Source: Chitinophagaceae bacterium
Lineage (GTDB): Bacteria > Bacteroidota > Bacteroidia > Chitinophagales > Chitinophagaceae
Length of the DNA: 64,000 nt
NCBI GenBank assembly: GCA_031413755.1
Contig: JANOFR010000109.1
Coordinates: forward strand, 1,018-65,017
Reading direction: 5' to 3'
A program made the position numbers and the translations under genes. The notes beneath the pieces were generated by a model. That model did not search any database, had not been told where the DNA came from, and saw only the letters and a program-made list of their open reading frames with translations. This document shows, in pieces, positions 8,732-19,700 of the stretch. Within the stretch, counting starts at the first letter, position 1; the number at the start of each line of letters is the position of its first letter.

Positions 8732-9844
8732 CTACAATCCGCTTAAAAATTCATTATGAATCAGATCGACAACATCAACAAGACTTTTGGTTTCTTCAAA
8801 TACTTTTAACTGCCTGTCGGCCCCGGTACCCTGTTCCAGCATCTTGTGTACATGATTTATAGCATGGCGACTGCCCAGATCAGGCAATACATCATCCACA
8901 AAGTCTAATAATTCATATATTAAAACCCGGGTATTAACTTCCATTTCCTTTCCAAAATCTATCATGCTGCCGTCAATACCATATCGGCCTGCACGCCATT
9001 TATTCTCATTTAATAAGGCTCTGGAATACATCATGAAGTTAAGGTTCTGGCTACGCAGCTTATATAATTTTGCACAAATGGCCTGAAACAAGGCAGCAAT
9101 AGTAATGGTTTCCTGCACTGTCATAGGTACATCACATATCCGGAATTCAACGGTATTAAAGAATGGATGCACCCTTAAATCCCACCATATCTTTTTAGCA
9201 TTATCAATACAGTTGGTTTTTACCAGCAGCTTAATATAATTATCATAGGCTTCAATGCTGTCAAAAAAATCCGGAATACCGGTACGTGGAAACTTATCAA
9301 ATACTTTGGTACGGAAAGATTTATAGCCGGTAGTTCTTCCTTCCCAAAATGGGGAGTTTGTACTCAGTGCATAAATATGGGGTAAAAAGTACCGGGCAGA
9401 ATTGGCAATGTGGATGGCCATTTCACGGTTTTCCATACCTACGTGAACATGTAAGCCAAAAATTAAATTACTGCGAGCAGCTTCCTGTAATTCGTTTACA
9501 ATTTCACTGTATCGTACATGGTCAGTGATCAACTGGCTTTCCCAATGACTGAAAGGATGTGTACCCGATGCTCCAACCCACAGACCCAATTCATTGGCAA
9601 TGCCACTGATCGTTTTTCGTAAAGTACCTACATCAACAAATGCTTCATCAATATCCTGACAAATATCAGTACCTACTTCCACTACAGCCTGGTGCATTTC
9701 GGCTTTTACTTTGTCTTTAATAACTTTCTGACCTTCGTGTACAATTTTCTGATCATGGCTTTTCAGTTCCCTGGTTTGGGGATCAATTACCATGTATTCT
9801 TCTTCTACACCAAGCGTAAAATGTTTGTATGATAAGTTTGCCAT
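8732..9844 (-). CDS. carboxylate-amine ligase, YbdK/GCS2 family (glutamate-cysteine ligase family 2)
   Basis: 370-aa ORF with the typical GCS2 N-terminus (FTLGVEEEYMVIDPQTREL) and HVHVG motif. Confidence 0.85.
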   Translation of the reverse strand: MANLSYKHFTLGVEEEYMVIDPQTRELKSHDQKIVHEGQKVIKDKVKAEMHQAVVEVGTDICQDIDEAFVDVGTLRKTISGIANELGLWVGASGTHPFSHWESQLITDHVRYSEIVNELQEAARSNLIFGLHVHVGMENREMAIHIANSARYFLPHIYALSTNSPFWEGRTTGYKSFRTKVFDKFPRTGIPDFFDSIEAYDNYIKLLVKTNCIDNAKKIWWDLRVHPFFNTVEFRICDVPMTVQETITIAALFQAICAKLYKLRSQNLNFMMYSRALLNENKWRAGRYGIDGSMIDFGKEMEVNTRVLIYELLDFVDDVLPDLGSRHAINHVHKMLEQGTGADRQLKVFEETKSLVDVVDLIHNEFLSGL

Positions 9845-9850
9845 GAATTA

Positions 9851-10807
9851 TTATTTATACAATTTCTTTTTTGCAGCACTCTTTTTAATATATTCCCCCC
9901 AGGTTAAATTATCTGTATTCTCTTTATGCTCCATTGCTTTTTCAATGGCATAAGTGGCAGCCGTTTCTACAACCCAGTCAAAATTTTCCTGGCCCACACT
10001 GCTTACTTCTGCATCGGGTGCAGGGTTGCAAAAGTCAATGGCATAAGGCACGCCGTCTCTTAAAGCCAGTTCAACGGTGTTAAAATCATAGCCGAGGTAA
10101 TGACAAATGCGCAGCACTATATCTTCCATTAATTTATAGCGCTCCGGAGAAGGTTTAAAATCAGCAACATAACGCAGGTGATGCGGATTACGGGGCTCGT
10201 AAGGCATGATACGTACATACTTTCCGCCAATGCAATAACACCTGTAATATTCATCAAACTTAATCTCTTCCTGAAGCATCATCACCAGCTGTTCTGTTTC
10301 GGCATGCTTTTCAAAAAACTCTTCCATATTGTTAAGCTGATAAACGCTTTTCCAACCGCCGCCCGAAAATGGTTTCATGTAAGCGGGGAAACCAATATAT
10401 TTAAAAATGTCTTCCCAATCCATGGGATATGCAAGGTTAGAAAAAGATTCTTCACTGGTATCCGGAGGCAGGTCTCTGGAAGGAAGGATAACTGTTTTTG
10501 GAACCGGTACATCTATTTTTGTAGCCAGGCAGTTATTAAAAAATTTTTCATCGGCACTCCACCAAAAGGGGTTATTAATTACCGTAGTACCACATAATGC
10601 TGCATTCTTCAGGTAAGCCCTGTAAAATGGAACATCCTGCGATATACGGTCAAAAATAACTGCATATCCCGAAGGTTCGCCCTGCATAACTTTATCAATG
10701 CGAACAGCCTCTGCCATTATCCCGTCAACTTTTTTACTGTTTACCCTTTCAATAAAAGCATCCGGAAAACTTCTTTCTTTTCCAAATAATACGCCTATTT
10801 TCTTCAT
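9851..10807 (-). CDS. ATP-grasp domain protein (RimK / glutathione-synthase-like amidoligase)
   Basis: 318-aa ORF lying 6 nt upstream of the GCS2 gene. It shows ATP-grasp-like blocks (PVPKTVILP ... FPAYMKPFSGGGWKSVY ... VELALRDGVPYAIDFCN). Confidence 0.65.
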   Translation of the reverse strand: MKKIGVLFGKERSFPDAFIERVNSKKVDGIMAEAVRIDKVMQGEPSGYAVIFDRISQDVPFYRAYLKNAALCGTTVINNPFWWSADEKFFNNCLATKIDVPVPKTVILPSRDLPPDTSEESFSNLAYPMDWEDIFKYIGFPAYMKPFSGGGWKSVYQLNNMEEFFEKHAETEQLVMMLQEEIKFDEYYRCYCIGGKYVRIMPYEPRNPHHLRYVADFKPSPERYKLMEDIVLRICHYLGYDFNTVELALRDGVPYAIDFCNPAPDAEVSSVGQENFDWVVETAATYAIEKAMEHKENTDNLTWGEYIKKSAAKKKLYK

Positions 10808-10963
10808 AAAATAAATTTAATAATTAATGTTCACCGGTTTTTTAATATTTAAACCTGTTCAAATATATTTTTTCACAGGCAATAAAACAAATTATGTTTG
10901 GTGGAATTGCAGGATAATTTTTTTGTATGCTTAGTTAAAAGGTATTTTCTTATTTTTGAAGAT

Positions 10964-11782
10964 ATGTCAATATTAAGGACAGCCAGTATTTTAGTAGATA
11001 AACATGTTATTTCCTCTGTTTTCCTCGGCCGTGAGGTCCTTGTTGACTTTTATCTGCCACTTGATTCTTTTCCACATTCAAACCTCAGCCTTTTATTAGT
11101 AAATGACGGTCAAGACCTGGTGACGATGAATTTTGAAAAGATACTGGGTAAATTATATGAAAATGGGGATATCAGAGACCTTTTATGTGTAGGAATTCAT
11201 TGTGCCAGGGACAGAAAGAATGAATATGGGACTGCAAAAATTTTAGATTATAAAGGCCGTGGAGCCAGAGCTTCTTTGTATAACCGGTTTATTTTTGAAG
11301 AATTATTGCCATATATCCGAATCACCTTATTTATTTATTCTTTTAAGGATAAATCTTTTGCAGGGTTTTCTTTAGGGGGATTACATGCGTTGGATATGGT
11401 ATGGAATAACCCCGGTGAGTTTAGCAAAGTGGGCGTTTTCAGCGGCTCTTTTTGGTGGCGCGATAAAGACCAGGATGAGGATGATTTTAATGAAGATACG
11501 AACCGTATCATGCACCGTCAAATAAGAGAAGAAAGGAGATTCTTTCCATGGTTAAAATTCTTTTTTGAAGTGGGAACAATGGATGAAGTTGCTGACAGGA
11601 ATAATAATGGGATTATTGATTCAATTGATGATACGGTTAGCCTGATAGATGAACTGGTTAAAAAAGGATATAACAGGAAAAATGATATAAAATTTGTTGA
11701 ATTAAAAGAAGGAAGGCATGATGTACCTACCTGGGCCAAAGCCTTTCCGAATTTTTTAAAATGGGGATGGGGAACAAAATAA
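10964..11782 (+). CDS. alpha/beta hydrolase, putative esterase family (Fes/IroE-like fold)
   Basis: Contains a nucleophile-elbow-like FAGFSLGGLHAL and a VFSGSFWW block. I place the start at ATG 10964. The track ORF begins at an upstream TTG (10898), which is less likely. Confidence 0.7.
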   Translation: MSILRTASILVDKHVISSVFLGREVLVDFYLPLDSFPHSNLSLLLVNDGQDLVTMNFEKILGKLYENGDIRDLLCVGIHCARDRKNEYGTAKILDYKGRGARASLYNRFIFEELLPYIRITLFIYSFKDKSFAGFSLGGLHALDMVWNNPGEFSKVGVFSGSFWWRDKDQDEDDFNEDTNRIMHRQIREERRFFPWLKFFFEVGTMDEVADRNNNGIIDSIDDTVSLIDELVKKGYNRKNDIKFVELKEGRHDVPTWAKAFPNFLKWGWGTK

Positions 11783-11826
11783 GCAATAGGCACCTGAAAA
11801 AATAAGTGTTTATAGAGAATAAAAAA

Positions 11827-11852
11827 GAAGGCTGTCATTTAATGACAGCCTC
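11827..11852. terminator. bidirectional intrinsic terminator between the esterase and the TonB-dependent receptor
   Basis: GGCTGTCAT / ATGACAGCC stem with a 3-nt loop. An A-run precedes it and a T-run follows it. Confidence 0.65.
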
Positions 11853-11875
11853 CTTTTTTATAAAAAATAGTATTA

Positions 11876-14800
11876 TTAAAAACTTAACCTGACCCCTAAC
11901 TGGCTTGTCCACCTGCTGCTGTTAAATACACCATCAGAAACATTGTAAGGTCTGCCATTGGCTGGTGGTGTAAACCTATATTGCGGCGTTAAGTTAGTAG
12001 GACTGACATAACCGGTAAAATCAAGAATAATTGACTGGTCATTTGTTGCAAAATATTGCCTTCCTGCATCTCTGCTGATAAAGTTTGTGAAATTGAAAAT
12101 ATCATAAGAAACCTGTAATTGATAAGTTTTGCTTCCTAATTTTAAATTAAATTCCTGCTGCAACTTTAAATCGAGAATATGTGTAAAAGGAGTACGGGCA
12201 CCGTTACGTTCTGCATACTCACCACGGTTTTTCCTAAGGTATTTATCCCCCTCAATAAAGGCATCAAATAAATCTCTTTGCTGCTGTGGGGTATACGTTA
12301 CACCACCTACCGTGTTTGTTAAAAACACCATACTGTTTAATTGGCTTGTTGTTGGTATAAAGATCAGGTCATTGGTTTCAAAATTATCCAGATCCCTGAT
12401 AAAACCTCTGTTAAGCACATAGCTATATGGGTTTCCACTTTGACCATTATAAACCAAAGAAACAGTAGTAGCCATTTTATTATTCAGGTAACTGAATTTT
12501 TTAGATATATAAGCACTAATTCGGTTTCCCGGGTCAAAGTCACTGGTTGATAGTTTTATATTGTTTCTGCCGTTTACAGTTTCCATAAAACGCCATTGTG
12601 AGTTGTTTTGTGAACTGGTACCTTCATTTAAAACAATTGAGTTACCAAAAGAATAGTTGGCATTAAAAGCCCAGTTATTGCTCCAGCTTTTATCTACAGT
12701 TGCCGTGAAGCTATAGGAGAATCCTTTTTTTTCTGAACTGTTACTTAATAAAAACACACCGGTATATGGAGAAGTTCCATTTGCCCTGAGGGGAATTTGT
12801 TTCGTAAAGTTACCTGTTAAAGAATATACATCTCTCACATCAACACCAACGGTTTTTAAGTCGGCGGGTAGAATATCTACTCTTTTATAATCAATTTCAT
12901 TTATATTTTTTGTAATGATAGCTTCTAAAGAAAGTTTCCATTTTTTACCAAATTGTTTGTCAACAGCAAGGGATGTTCTGAAAACTTTGTTCATCTTGAA
13001 ATCTTTGGCTAATAAATCTACCTGGCCTGAAGGAGACGGTACTGTAAGACCAAAGTCTGATGCTACATATTGTCCAAATGGATCGGGCCTGAAAGCCACA
13101 TTACTTCTATTGATACCGGCAAGACTGATTCCATTGTTATTATAAACACCACCCGGCCATACTAATGGAACCCTGCCTGTGAATAATCCGAATCCACCAC
13201 GTACAACAATTCTTTCTTCAGGGAATTTATATATAAAACCTATTCTTGGATTAAATGACCATTTTGGATCAGCTATCTGACCAGAACGGGCTCCTTTCAT
13301 ATCATAATAAGTAGCAAATTTTGAAAGAGCACTGTCATTAAAAAAGTTATCCGTTTTAGGGGTAGTTAAAAACTTCGTATTATCAGCCCGTAAACCTAAT
13401 GTTACGGTAAAATCTTTGTTTACTTTAATTTCATCTCCAATAAAGAAACCTAAACGTAATGTATTGAATTTTGCAGCTGCATTTAAAGAAGCATCACCAC
13501 TTGTACCTACAGGATCAAGAAGTGAATAAGTCCGGTTATAGGTAGCTGCATTGCCCGCAGCAAGAAATGTGGCTAAATTTGGAAATACATAGGAACCATA
13601 ATTCTGCCTGATAAATATATTGGTTGATTTACTTATTTCATTATCGGTTCCTATAGATAAAATATGATTTCCTTTATAATATTTAAATACATCAAATAAG
13701 GCCAGGTTATTTTGTTTCAAATAATTGCCAGTTGAAAATTCTTCTGTACCAAAAACAATACTTCCGGTTCCATCGGTGATGGTAACCCTTGGAAATGGAT
13801 TTCCCATCGCACCCCGGTCATCAACAACATTGGTCATGGTCAACAATAATTTATTGTTAACATTGTTATTGAATTTTGAATTTAATTCAAGTGAAGCAGA
13901 ATTAGTAGTAGTAGGGAATTCAAAACCATTGTTTAAGAAGTTGATCGTTGAGATACTGCTTCTGGATGTGTTATTTCTAAAACCATCATTATATCTGTAA
14001 CTGAAACTTAATTTGTGTTTTTCACTTATATTCCAATCCATTTTTGCTGCAACCCTGTTGGCTTCTACCGTCTCCGGGTTATCAAGATATCCTCCGGCAT
14101 TATATCCATAAGTTGTTATCAGATAACTGGAAAGGGCATCAAGATTTGCCTGATTGGATGCTCCGCTATAAGTAGAAAAATCAAATGGTTGAGGTCTTTT
14201 ATCTCTTTGTACTTCTCCATTAATGAAGAAAAACAGTTTATTTTTAATGATAGCACCGCCCAATCGGAAACCAACTGTCCTGTTGGTAAAGTCGGCCAGT
14301 CTTGTTGCAGCACTTTTAGCAACAACCGGTGTTTTGCCTGATAATTTTTCGTTACGGAAAAAATAATAAACCGAACCCGATAAATTGTTGGTTCCGCTAC
14401 GTGTAATTGCATTAATACCTCCACCTGTAAAATTTCCTAATGAAGCATCATAAGGCGAAAGAACTACCTGAAACTGATCAATTGCATCAATGGAGATTGG
14501 TGCAATACCTGCCTGGCCACCATTAGTACCGGATGCAGATAAACCAAAAACATCATTATTAACAGCGCCATCAATATAAAAAGAGTTATAGCGGTTATTT
14601 TGACCAGCAAGTGAAATACCTCCATCGCCGGTAACTTTTGCCTGCGGAACAAATCTTAAATAATCAGAAATATTTCTTCCTACTGTAGGCAGGTTGGCCA
14701 TTTTATCTCTTCCAATACTGGTTTCAGTACCACCTTTGCCTGAAGTTTGTGCTACTTTAGCTGTTACTACCACTTCAGTTAAATTGCTGGCATTTTCCAG

Positions 14801-15127
14801 TAAATCAAAGTTTTCAATTAAAGTTTCGCCTAAAGAAAGATTTAAACCTTCTCTGGTAAGTGTTTTATATCCCACAAAAGAAACAATAATTGTATAAGGA
14901 CCTCCGGGGTTCATATTTGAAATATAATATATTCCACCCTTTCTTGTAGTAGTTGAATATACAGTACCTGTTGGCGTATGTGTAGCTTTGATACTTGCTC
15001 CGGCTAAATCAGAACCACTTAAAGTTTTTACAGTGCCATTCATGCTACTCGTTGTAACCTGGGCATTCAATAAAGCCGGTAATGCAAAAAATGCAATTAA
15101 AAACGGCATGATTTTCTTGAAATTCAT
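11876..15127 (-). CDS. TonB-dependent receptor with an N-terminal CarboxypepD_reg-like domain
   Basis: 1083-aa ORF with a signal peptide, a carboxypeptidase-regulatory-like domain (GTVKT ... IIVSFVGYKT), a plug region and a long beta-barrel ending in an aromatic residue (VRLSF). No SusD-like partner is adjacent. Confidence 0.9.
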   Translation of the reverse strand: MNFKKIMPFLIAFFALPALLNAQVTTSSMNGTVKTLSGSDLAGASIKATHTPTGTVYSTTTRKGGIYYISNMNPGGPYTIIVSFVGYKTLTREGLNLSLGETLIENFDLLENASNLTEVVVTAKVAQTSGKGGTETSIGRDKMANLPTVGRNISDYLRFVPQAKVTGDGGISLAGQNNRYNSFYIDGAVNNDVFGLSASGTNGGQAGIAPISIDAIDQFQVVLSPYDASLGNFTGGGINAITRSGTNNLSGSVYYFFRNEKLSGKTPVVAKSAATRLADFTNRTVGFRLGGAIIKNKLFFFINGEVQRDKRPQPFDFSTYSGASNQANLDALSSYLITTYGYNAGGYLDNPETVEANRVAAKMDWNISEKHKLSFSYRYNDGFRNNTSRSSISTINFLNNGFEFPTTTNSASLELNSKFNNNVNNKLLLTMTNVVDDRGAMGNPFPRVTITDGTGSIVFGTEEFSTGNYLKQNNLALFDVFKYYKGNHILSIGTDNEISKSTNIFIRQNYGSYVFPNLATFLAAGNAATYNRTYSLLDPVGTSGDASLNAAAKFNTLRLGFFIGDEIKVNKDFTVTLGLRADNTKFLTTPKTDNFFNDSALSKFATYYDMKGARSGQIADPKWSFNPRIGFIYKFPEERIVVRGGFGLFTGRVPLVWPGGVYNNNGISLAGINRSNVAFRPDPFGQYVASDFGLTVPSPSGQVDLLAKDFKMNKVFRTSLAVDKQFGKKWKLSLEAIITKNINEIDYKRVDILPADLKTVGVDVRDVYSLTGNFTKQIPLRANGTSPYTGVFLLSNSSEKKGFSYSFTATVDKSWSNNWAFNANYSFGNSIVLNEGTSSQNNSQWRFMETVNGRNNIKLSTSDFDPGNRISAYISKKFSYLNNKMATTVSLVYNGQSGNPYSYVLNRGFIRDLDNFETNDLIFIPTTSQLNSMVFLTNTVGGVTYTPQQQRDLFDAFIEGDKYLRKNRGEYAERNGARTPFTHILDLKLQQEFNLKLGSKTYQLQVSYDIFNFTNFISRDAGRQYFATNDQSIILDFTGYVSPTNLTPQYRFTPPANGRPYNVSDGVFNSSRWTSQLGVRLSF

Positions 15128-15527
15128 ATATGTTTAGTTTTACGACGGCAAAGTAAGCGAAAAAATGGTGAAATACCGCCAAGTTTTATTAACAAAATAT
15201 TAGGCAATTATTTGTTAAAGATAGCTGCAGCAATAAATGAGAAAAACATTATTAATAATTAAGTTTTGATTCGCTTTAAATATAGATGATTCGTTATTTA
15301 ACCCTGAAACTGAGCGCTTATGAAAACAGTTTTTTTTTCCTGAAACAGTCATAGAATAGTAAATGCTTATAAAGTTCAAAATAACTATTGTTCTGAAGCT
15401 TAATAATTAAAAAGGGGTTACTGAAAATCCTGATTACGAATCAATATTTACATCCCGATCTGTTTTTAACCGGGTTCAATAAAATGAAGAATTTCCAAAT
15501 GCGAAAGATCAAAAATTTAATTCCTGT

Positions 15528-15535
15528 TATCTTTG
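15528..15535 (+). promoter_or_regulatory. Bacteroidota -7 box (TATCTTTG) upstream of ribBA
   Basis: Matches TAnnTTTG and ends 16 nt before the ribBA ATG, implying a very short leader. Confidence 0.4.
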
Positions 15536-15551
15536 CATTTAAATTAAGTAC

Positions 15552-16757
15552 ATGCTGGATAGTATTGAAAGTGCCATTGAAGATATAAAGAAAGGGAAGC
15601 TGATCATTGTGGTAGATGATGAGGACCGGGAAAATGAAGGGGACTTTATCACTGCTGCAAATAATGTAACGCCGGAGATCATCAATTTTATGAGTACCCA
15701 CGGCCGTGGATTAATTTGTGCTCCTTTAAGTGAAGTGAGGTGCGATGCTTTACAATTGCAACCTATGGTAATGAACAATACCTCCCTGCATGAAACTGCT
15801 TTTACGGTAAGTATTGATCTGCTCGGGCATGGATGTACCACAGGCATTTCTGCAAACGACAGGTCAAAAACGATTCAGGCCCTGGTTAACCCCGATACAA
15901 AACCGGAAGACCTGGGACGACCGGGACATATTTTTCCTTTGCGTGCAAAAAAGGGTGGCGTGTTAAGGCGTTCGGGGCATACCGAAGCTACCATTGATAT
16001 GGCACGGTTAGCCGGATTTGAACCAGCCGGCGTATTGGTTGAAATTATGAATGAAGACGGTAGTATGGCACGCTTGCCACAGCTTAAAGAAATAGCCAGG
16101 AAATTTGATTTAAAATTGATCTCCATTAAAGATCTGATAGAGTACCGTTTAAAACAGGAAACATTAATTAAAGAAGAAGTAAGGGTAGCGTTACCCACTA
16201 AATTTGGCATTTTTGAATTAATCGCTTTTAAGCAATTAAATACAGGCGAAATTCACATGGCTTTAAAAAAAGGTACATGGGAAAATGATGAGCCGGTTCT
16301 GGTAAGGGTACACAGCAGTTGTATGACAGGCGATATTTTGGGGTCTCTCAGGTGTGATTGTGGTGATCAGTTGCAGCATGCCATGCACATGGTGGAAAAT
16401 GCAGGAAAAGGAGTGGTACTTTATATGAATCAGGAAGGAAGGGGGATAGGTTTAATCAATAAATTAAAAGCCTATAAATTACAGGAACAGGGCAGAGATA
16501 CCGTAGAAGCTAACCTGGAACTGGGTTTCGATATGGACGAAAGGGATTATGGCGTAGGCGCACAAATTTTAAGACACCTGGGTGTATGTAAGATGAAACT
16601 GATGAGTAATAATCCACGCAAAAGAGCGGGCCTGTTAGGTTATGGACTGGAAGTGGTAGAAAATGTAAAAATTGAGATTGCATCTAATCCACATAATGAA
16701 AAATATTTAAAAACCAAAAGGGATAAACTGGGCCATGAAATTTTGAACGGACAATAA
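15552..16757 (+). CDS. ribBA: bifunctional 3,4-dihydroxy-2-butanone-4-phosphate synthase / GTP cyclohydrolase II
   Basis: 401-aa ORF. The N-half shows RibB blocks ([13 protein letters not shown] ... RSGHTEA). The C-half shows the RibA zinc motif ([20 protein letters not shown]). Confidence 0.95.
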   Translation: MLDSIESAIEDIKKGKLIIVVDDEDRENEGDFITAANNVTPEIINFMSTHGRGLICAPLSEVRCDALQLQPMVMNNTSLHETAFTVSIDLLGHGCTTGISANDRSKTIQALVNPDTKPEDLGRPGHIFPLRAKKGGVLRRSGHTEATIDMARLAGFEPAGVLVEIMNEDGSMARLPQLKEIARKFDLKLISIKDLIEYRLKQETLIKEEVRVALPTKFGIFELIAFKQLNTGEIHMALKKGTWENDEPVLVRVHSSCMTGDILGSLRCDCGDQLQHAMHMVENAGKGVVLYMNQEGRGIGLINKLKAYKLQEQGRDTVEANLELGFDMDERDYGVGAQILRHLGVCKMKLMSNNPRKRAGLLGYGLEVVENVKIEIASNPHNEKYLKTKRDKLGHEILNGQ

Positions 16758-19700
16758 TTAAAAAGGAACACTTACTTCTTCTTTCAGTTTAGCTTCCAGC
16801 CGTCTTTTTCTTTTTTCCTCATTGGGTGCAAATATTTCAGACAGGTGATCAAAATCACTTCTGTAACTAAGGCTTATTCCCTGGCGGTTCCGCTGGCCAA
16901 ACGAATAATCAATATTGGTTCTTCTGAATCCAACGATCCTTACTTTACCATCTTTACTTAGTAACCATTCTGCTGTAAAATCAGGTGTCAGTAATACGTT
17001 TGTATTCAAAAGATAGGGATTGTTATAATCCAGGTTACCGCCTAATGATATAACCATTTTGTTTTTAAAATAGCTTTTTGTTATGCCTAATTTTACCGCA
17101 CCCTGTAGTTGAGAGGCTGAGTTTTTAAGATCAAGGCTTGAGCTTACATCAAAATAGGTGGAAATGGTGTTGTCATTTAGTGCTTTTTGTAAGAATTTAC
17201 TAAACGTAGAAGTGAGGGCATTTGATAATACCTGTCCGATCGTATTTGCAGCCAACCCCAATGTATTATCACCGGTTAAAAAACTTTCATTTTCAGAAAT
17301 AAAAGTATTTAATAAAAGTAATGATGCAACCTGTTTCAGCATTTCATTTTTATCATTCTTTATATCTTCCAGCCTTTTATCGGCAATAAAATTACGCTCT
17401 GTTACTTTAGGTAAAATAAAATCAAAGCTTACATCAGGCTTATTTAAAACACCTGATAAATGTGCAACAATCGTCAGGTCACTCTTTTGTTTAAAAGACG
17501 ATGAAATACTTCTCATGTCAATATTTTTGGCAAGGTATTCCGCGTCAATATTTATTTGTGCCAGGTAAGGGTCTCCGTTCCAGTTGATAGAACCCTGCTT
17601 GATGGTAAAGTATTTTTTAAGAAAGGTCTGAAAATTAAAGGTGTATTCTCCTTCTGTAATATCGTAATTGCCACGTATGCTTACAGGTTCTTTGCTGCCC
17701 ACACGGATATTTAACCGTCCATTGCCTTTGCCTTTAATGATATCACCCAGTGCCTCATCCAGTATTACATCAATTTTACAGGCAGGGTTAGCCGTTAAAT
17801 TCATATTTACCAGGAAGTTTGTTTCTTTTTTTCTCTTAAACTCATCTTCCATTTTACTGCCGTACTCTATAAATTCGATATAATCAATTTTACCAATTTC
17901 CTGACTGCTGCTGGTAGGTATATAAATATGACTGCTGTCTAAAGCAGAGGGTTCACCCGTAATGTTCATTTTCATATCCGATTCAGGTCCGTCAAGTGTC
18001 ATTACCGCTTTTCCAATTACTTTACCATAAAATTGACTGTTATCTTTTTTAGTAGTGTTTAATAATAACATTTTTCCTGTTTCAAAATGCATATTATCAA
18101 ATGTAAAATTCTGGAAAAAGTTATGTTTCATTTTACCACTAACTGTACCTGTATAATGTAAGGTGTCTTTTAACTGCAGGAAACCCAGATCGATCTCATC
18201 TGGGTTAAAGATCACCGTTTCGTTGCTGAATTTATATTTGCATTGGGTATAATTTACCTTTAAGGATCCTTCAGTTACTGTTACACTTCCGGTAACATAC
18301 TGATGGTTCTTACCGCCACTTAGTTTTAACGTACTGTTTGCATTACCCTGCATATTGCTGAAAATACTGCCCAGATAATTATCCAAAAGGCTGATGTCAA
18401 AACGTTCGGCAAGGAACGCAATATCTATTTGATTATCCGACGAATCTTTATAATTATAAGTACCGTCAATATCAAACTTATATAATTTACCATCTGCATT
18501 GCTTTTCAATTTTATAAGGCCCGTAGTTGTATTTACTTCTCCTTTTATATTTACGGTACCAATAGGTTTATTATCCAGTCTGAATTCTTCGGCAGTTGCA
18601 TCATATTCAATTACCTGTTTGCCAAATGGGTCTCTTAATTTTAGTTTACCTGTGAGTGTGCCCTCCAGTCTTGGTTGCTTGATAAAGAGCTGTGTAAAAT
18701 CATTGATGTAAACCTTTTTTAAATTTGCAGCCAGGTTTATATGATCGGTAAGTTCATCCAGTTCGGTAGATATAACAATTTCCTGCAGGCCTTGTGTAAA
18801 CCGTATATTATTTGCTTCAAGGTATGATTTTCGAAGTGTTAACTCGCCATCTTTTGAAAGGTTCCATTTTTTTTCATTAAGGATAAATGAAGAAGGGGAA
18901 AAATGTATCTTAACACCATCAGTAAGTGTTTGAATCCTGGCATTTAATTGTGCATCAGTTAATGACTTGCTGGCACTGGTTGTTAACTGTATATTTGAAA
19001 TATCATTTTTAGAATTGAGGATCAAACGGGTATTTGGGAAATGCAGGCTGTCAGAAAGGGCAACATCACTTACCGATATATCTGCATTCAAACTGTCAAG
19101 GCTTCCATTGGCAGCGAGGTTGATATTTACAAATCTTTTACCATCATAACTGAATTCCGGTACGGTTGCTTTTACATTCAATTCATTTTTAGCCATTTTC
19201 AGGTTTCCTGAAAAAACAGCATTATTAAATCCATTTAATTTTTTGTCAAACAACTGTACAAACTCATCTACCTGTTTTGTTTTTATTAAAAAAGAAAAAT
19301 CCTGGTCACTTATTGTTTGAGCCGGTTCATCAATATAGGAAGGATAATACCTGTTTAAAAAAACTTTAAAAGCATCGGGTAATTCGAGTATTTTAAATTT
19401 ACCGGTCAGGTTGGCTTCAATTTCATTGGATTGAACATCCAGTAACCTGTTGCTGCCGGCAAGCAAAGATGTTATTTTTAATGAGTCAAATGATAACCTG
19501 GTAGTATCGTGCCTTAATGTGGCATTATACATTTTTGCATTACCTAAAAAATTGTCAATATTATTACCTGTAAAATTGAGACTTAACAAACCGGATAACG
19601 AAAAGTCTTGTTTGGTGAAATTAAGTTTTTGCAAATTTGCTTTTTGCAGATCCGCATCAAAATTAAATTTAGTTGTATCTCCTAAAAGACTGATAGAACC

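Noticed and set aside
15128-15551. Looked for an FMN (RFN) riboswitch in the 424-bp spacer upstream of ribBA.
   Set aside because: The spacer is AT-rich with no GC-rich conserved RFN core. A TATCTTTG -7 box ends only 16 nt before the ATG, leaving no room for a riboswitch leader.
16752-16763. The ribBA and tamB stop codons abut (TAATTA) with no intergenic space, and tilS and the rhomboid gene overlap convergently by 15 nt (6922-6936).
   Set aside because: Tight convergent packing is common in compact genomes, and no additional structure is visible.
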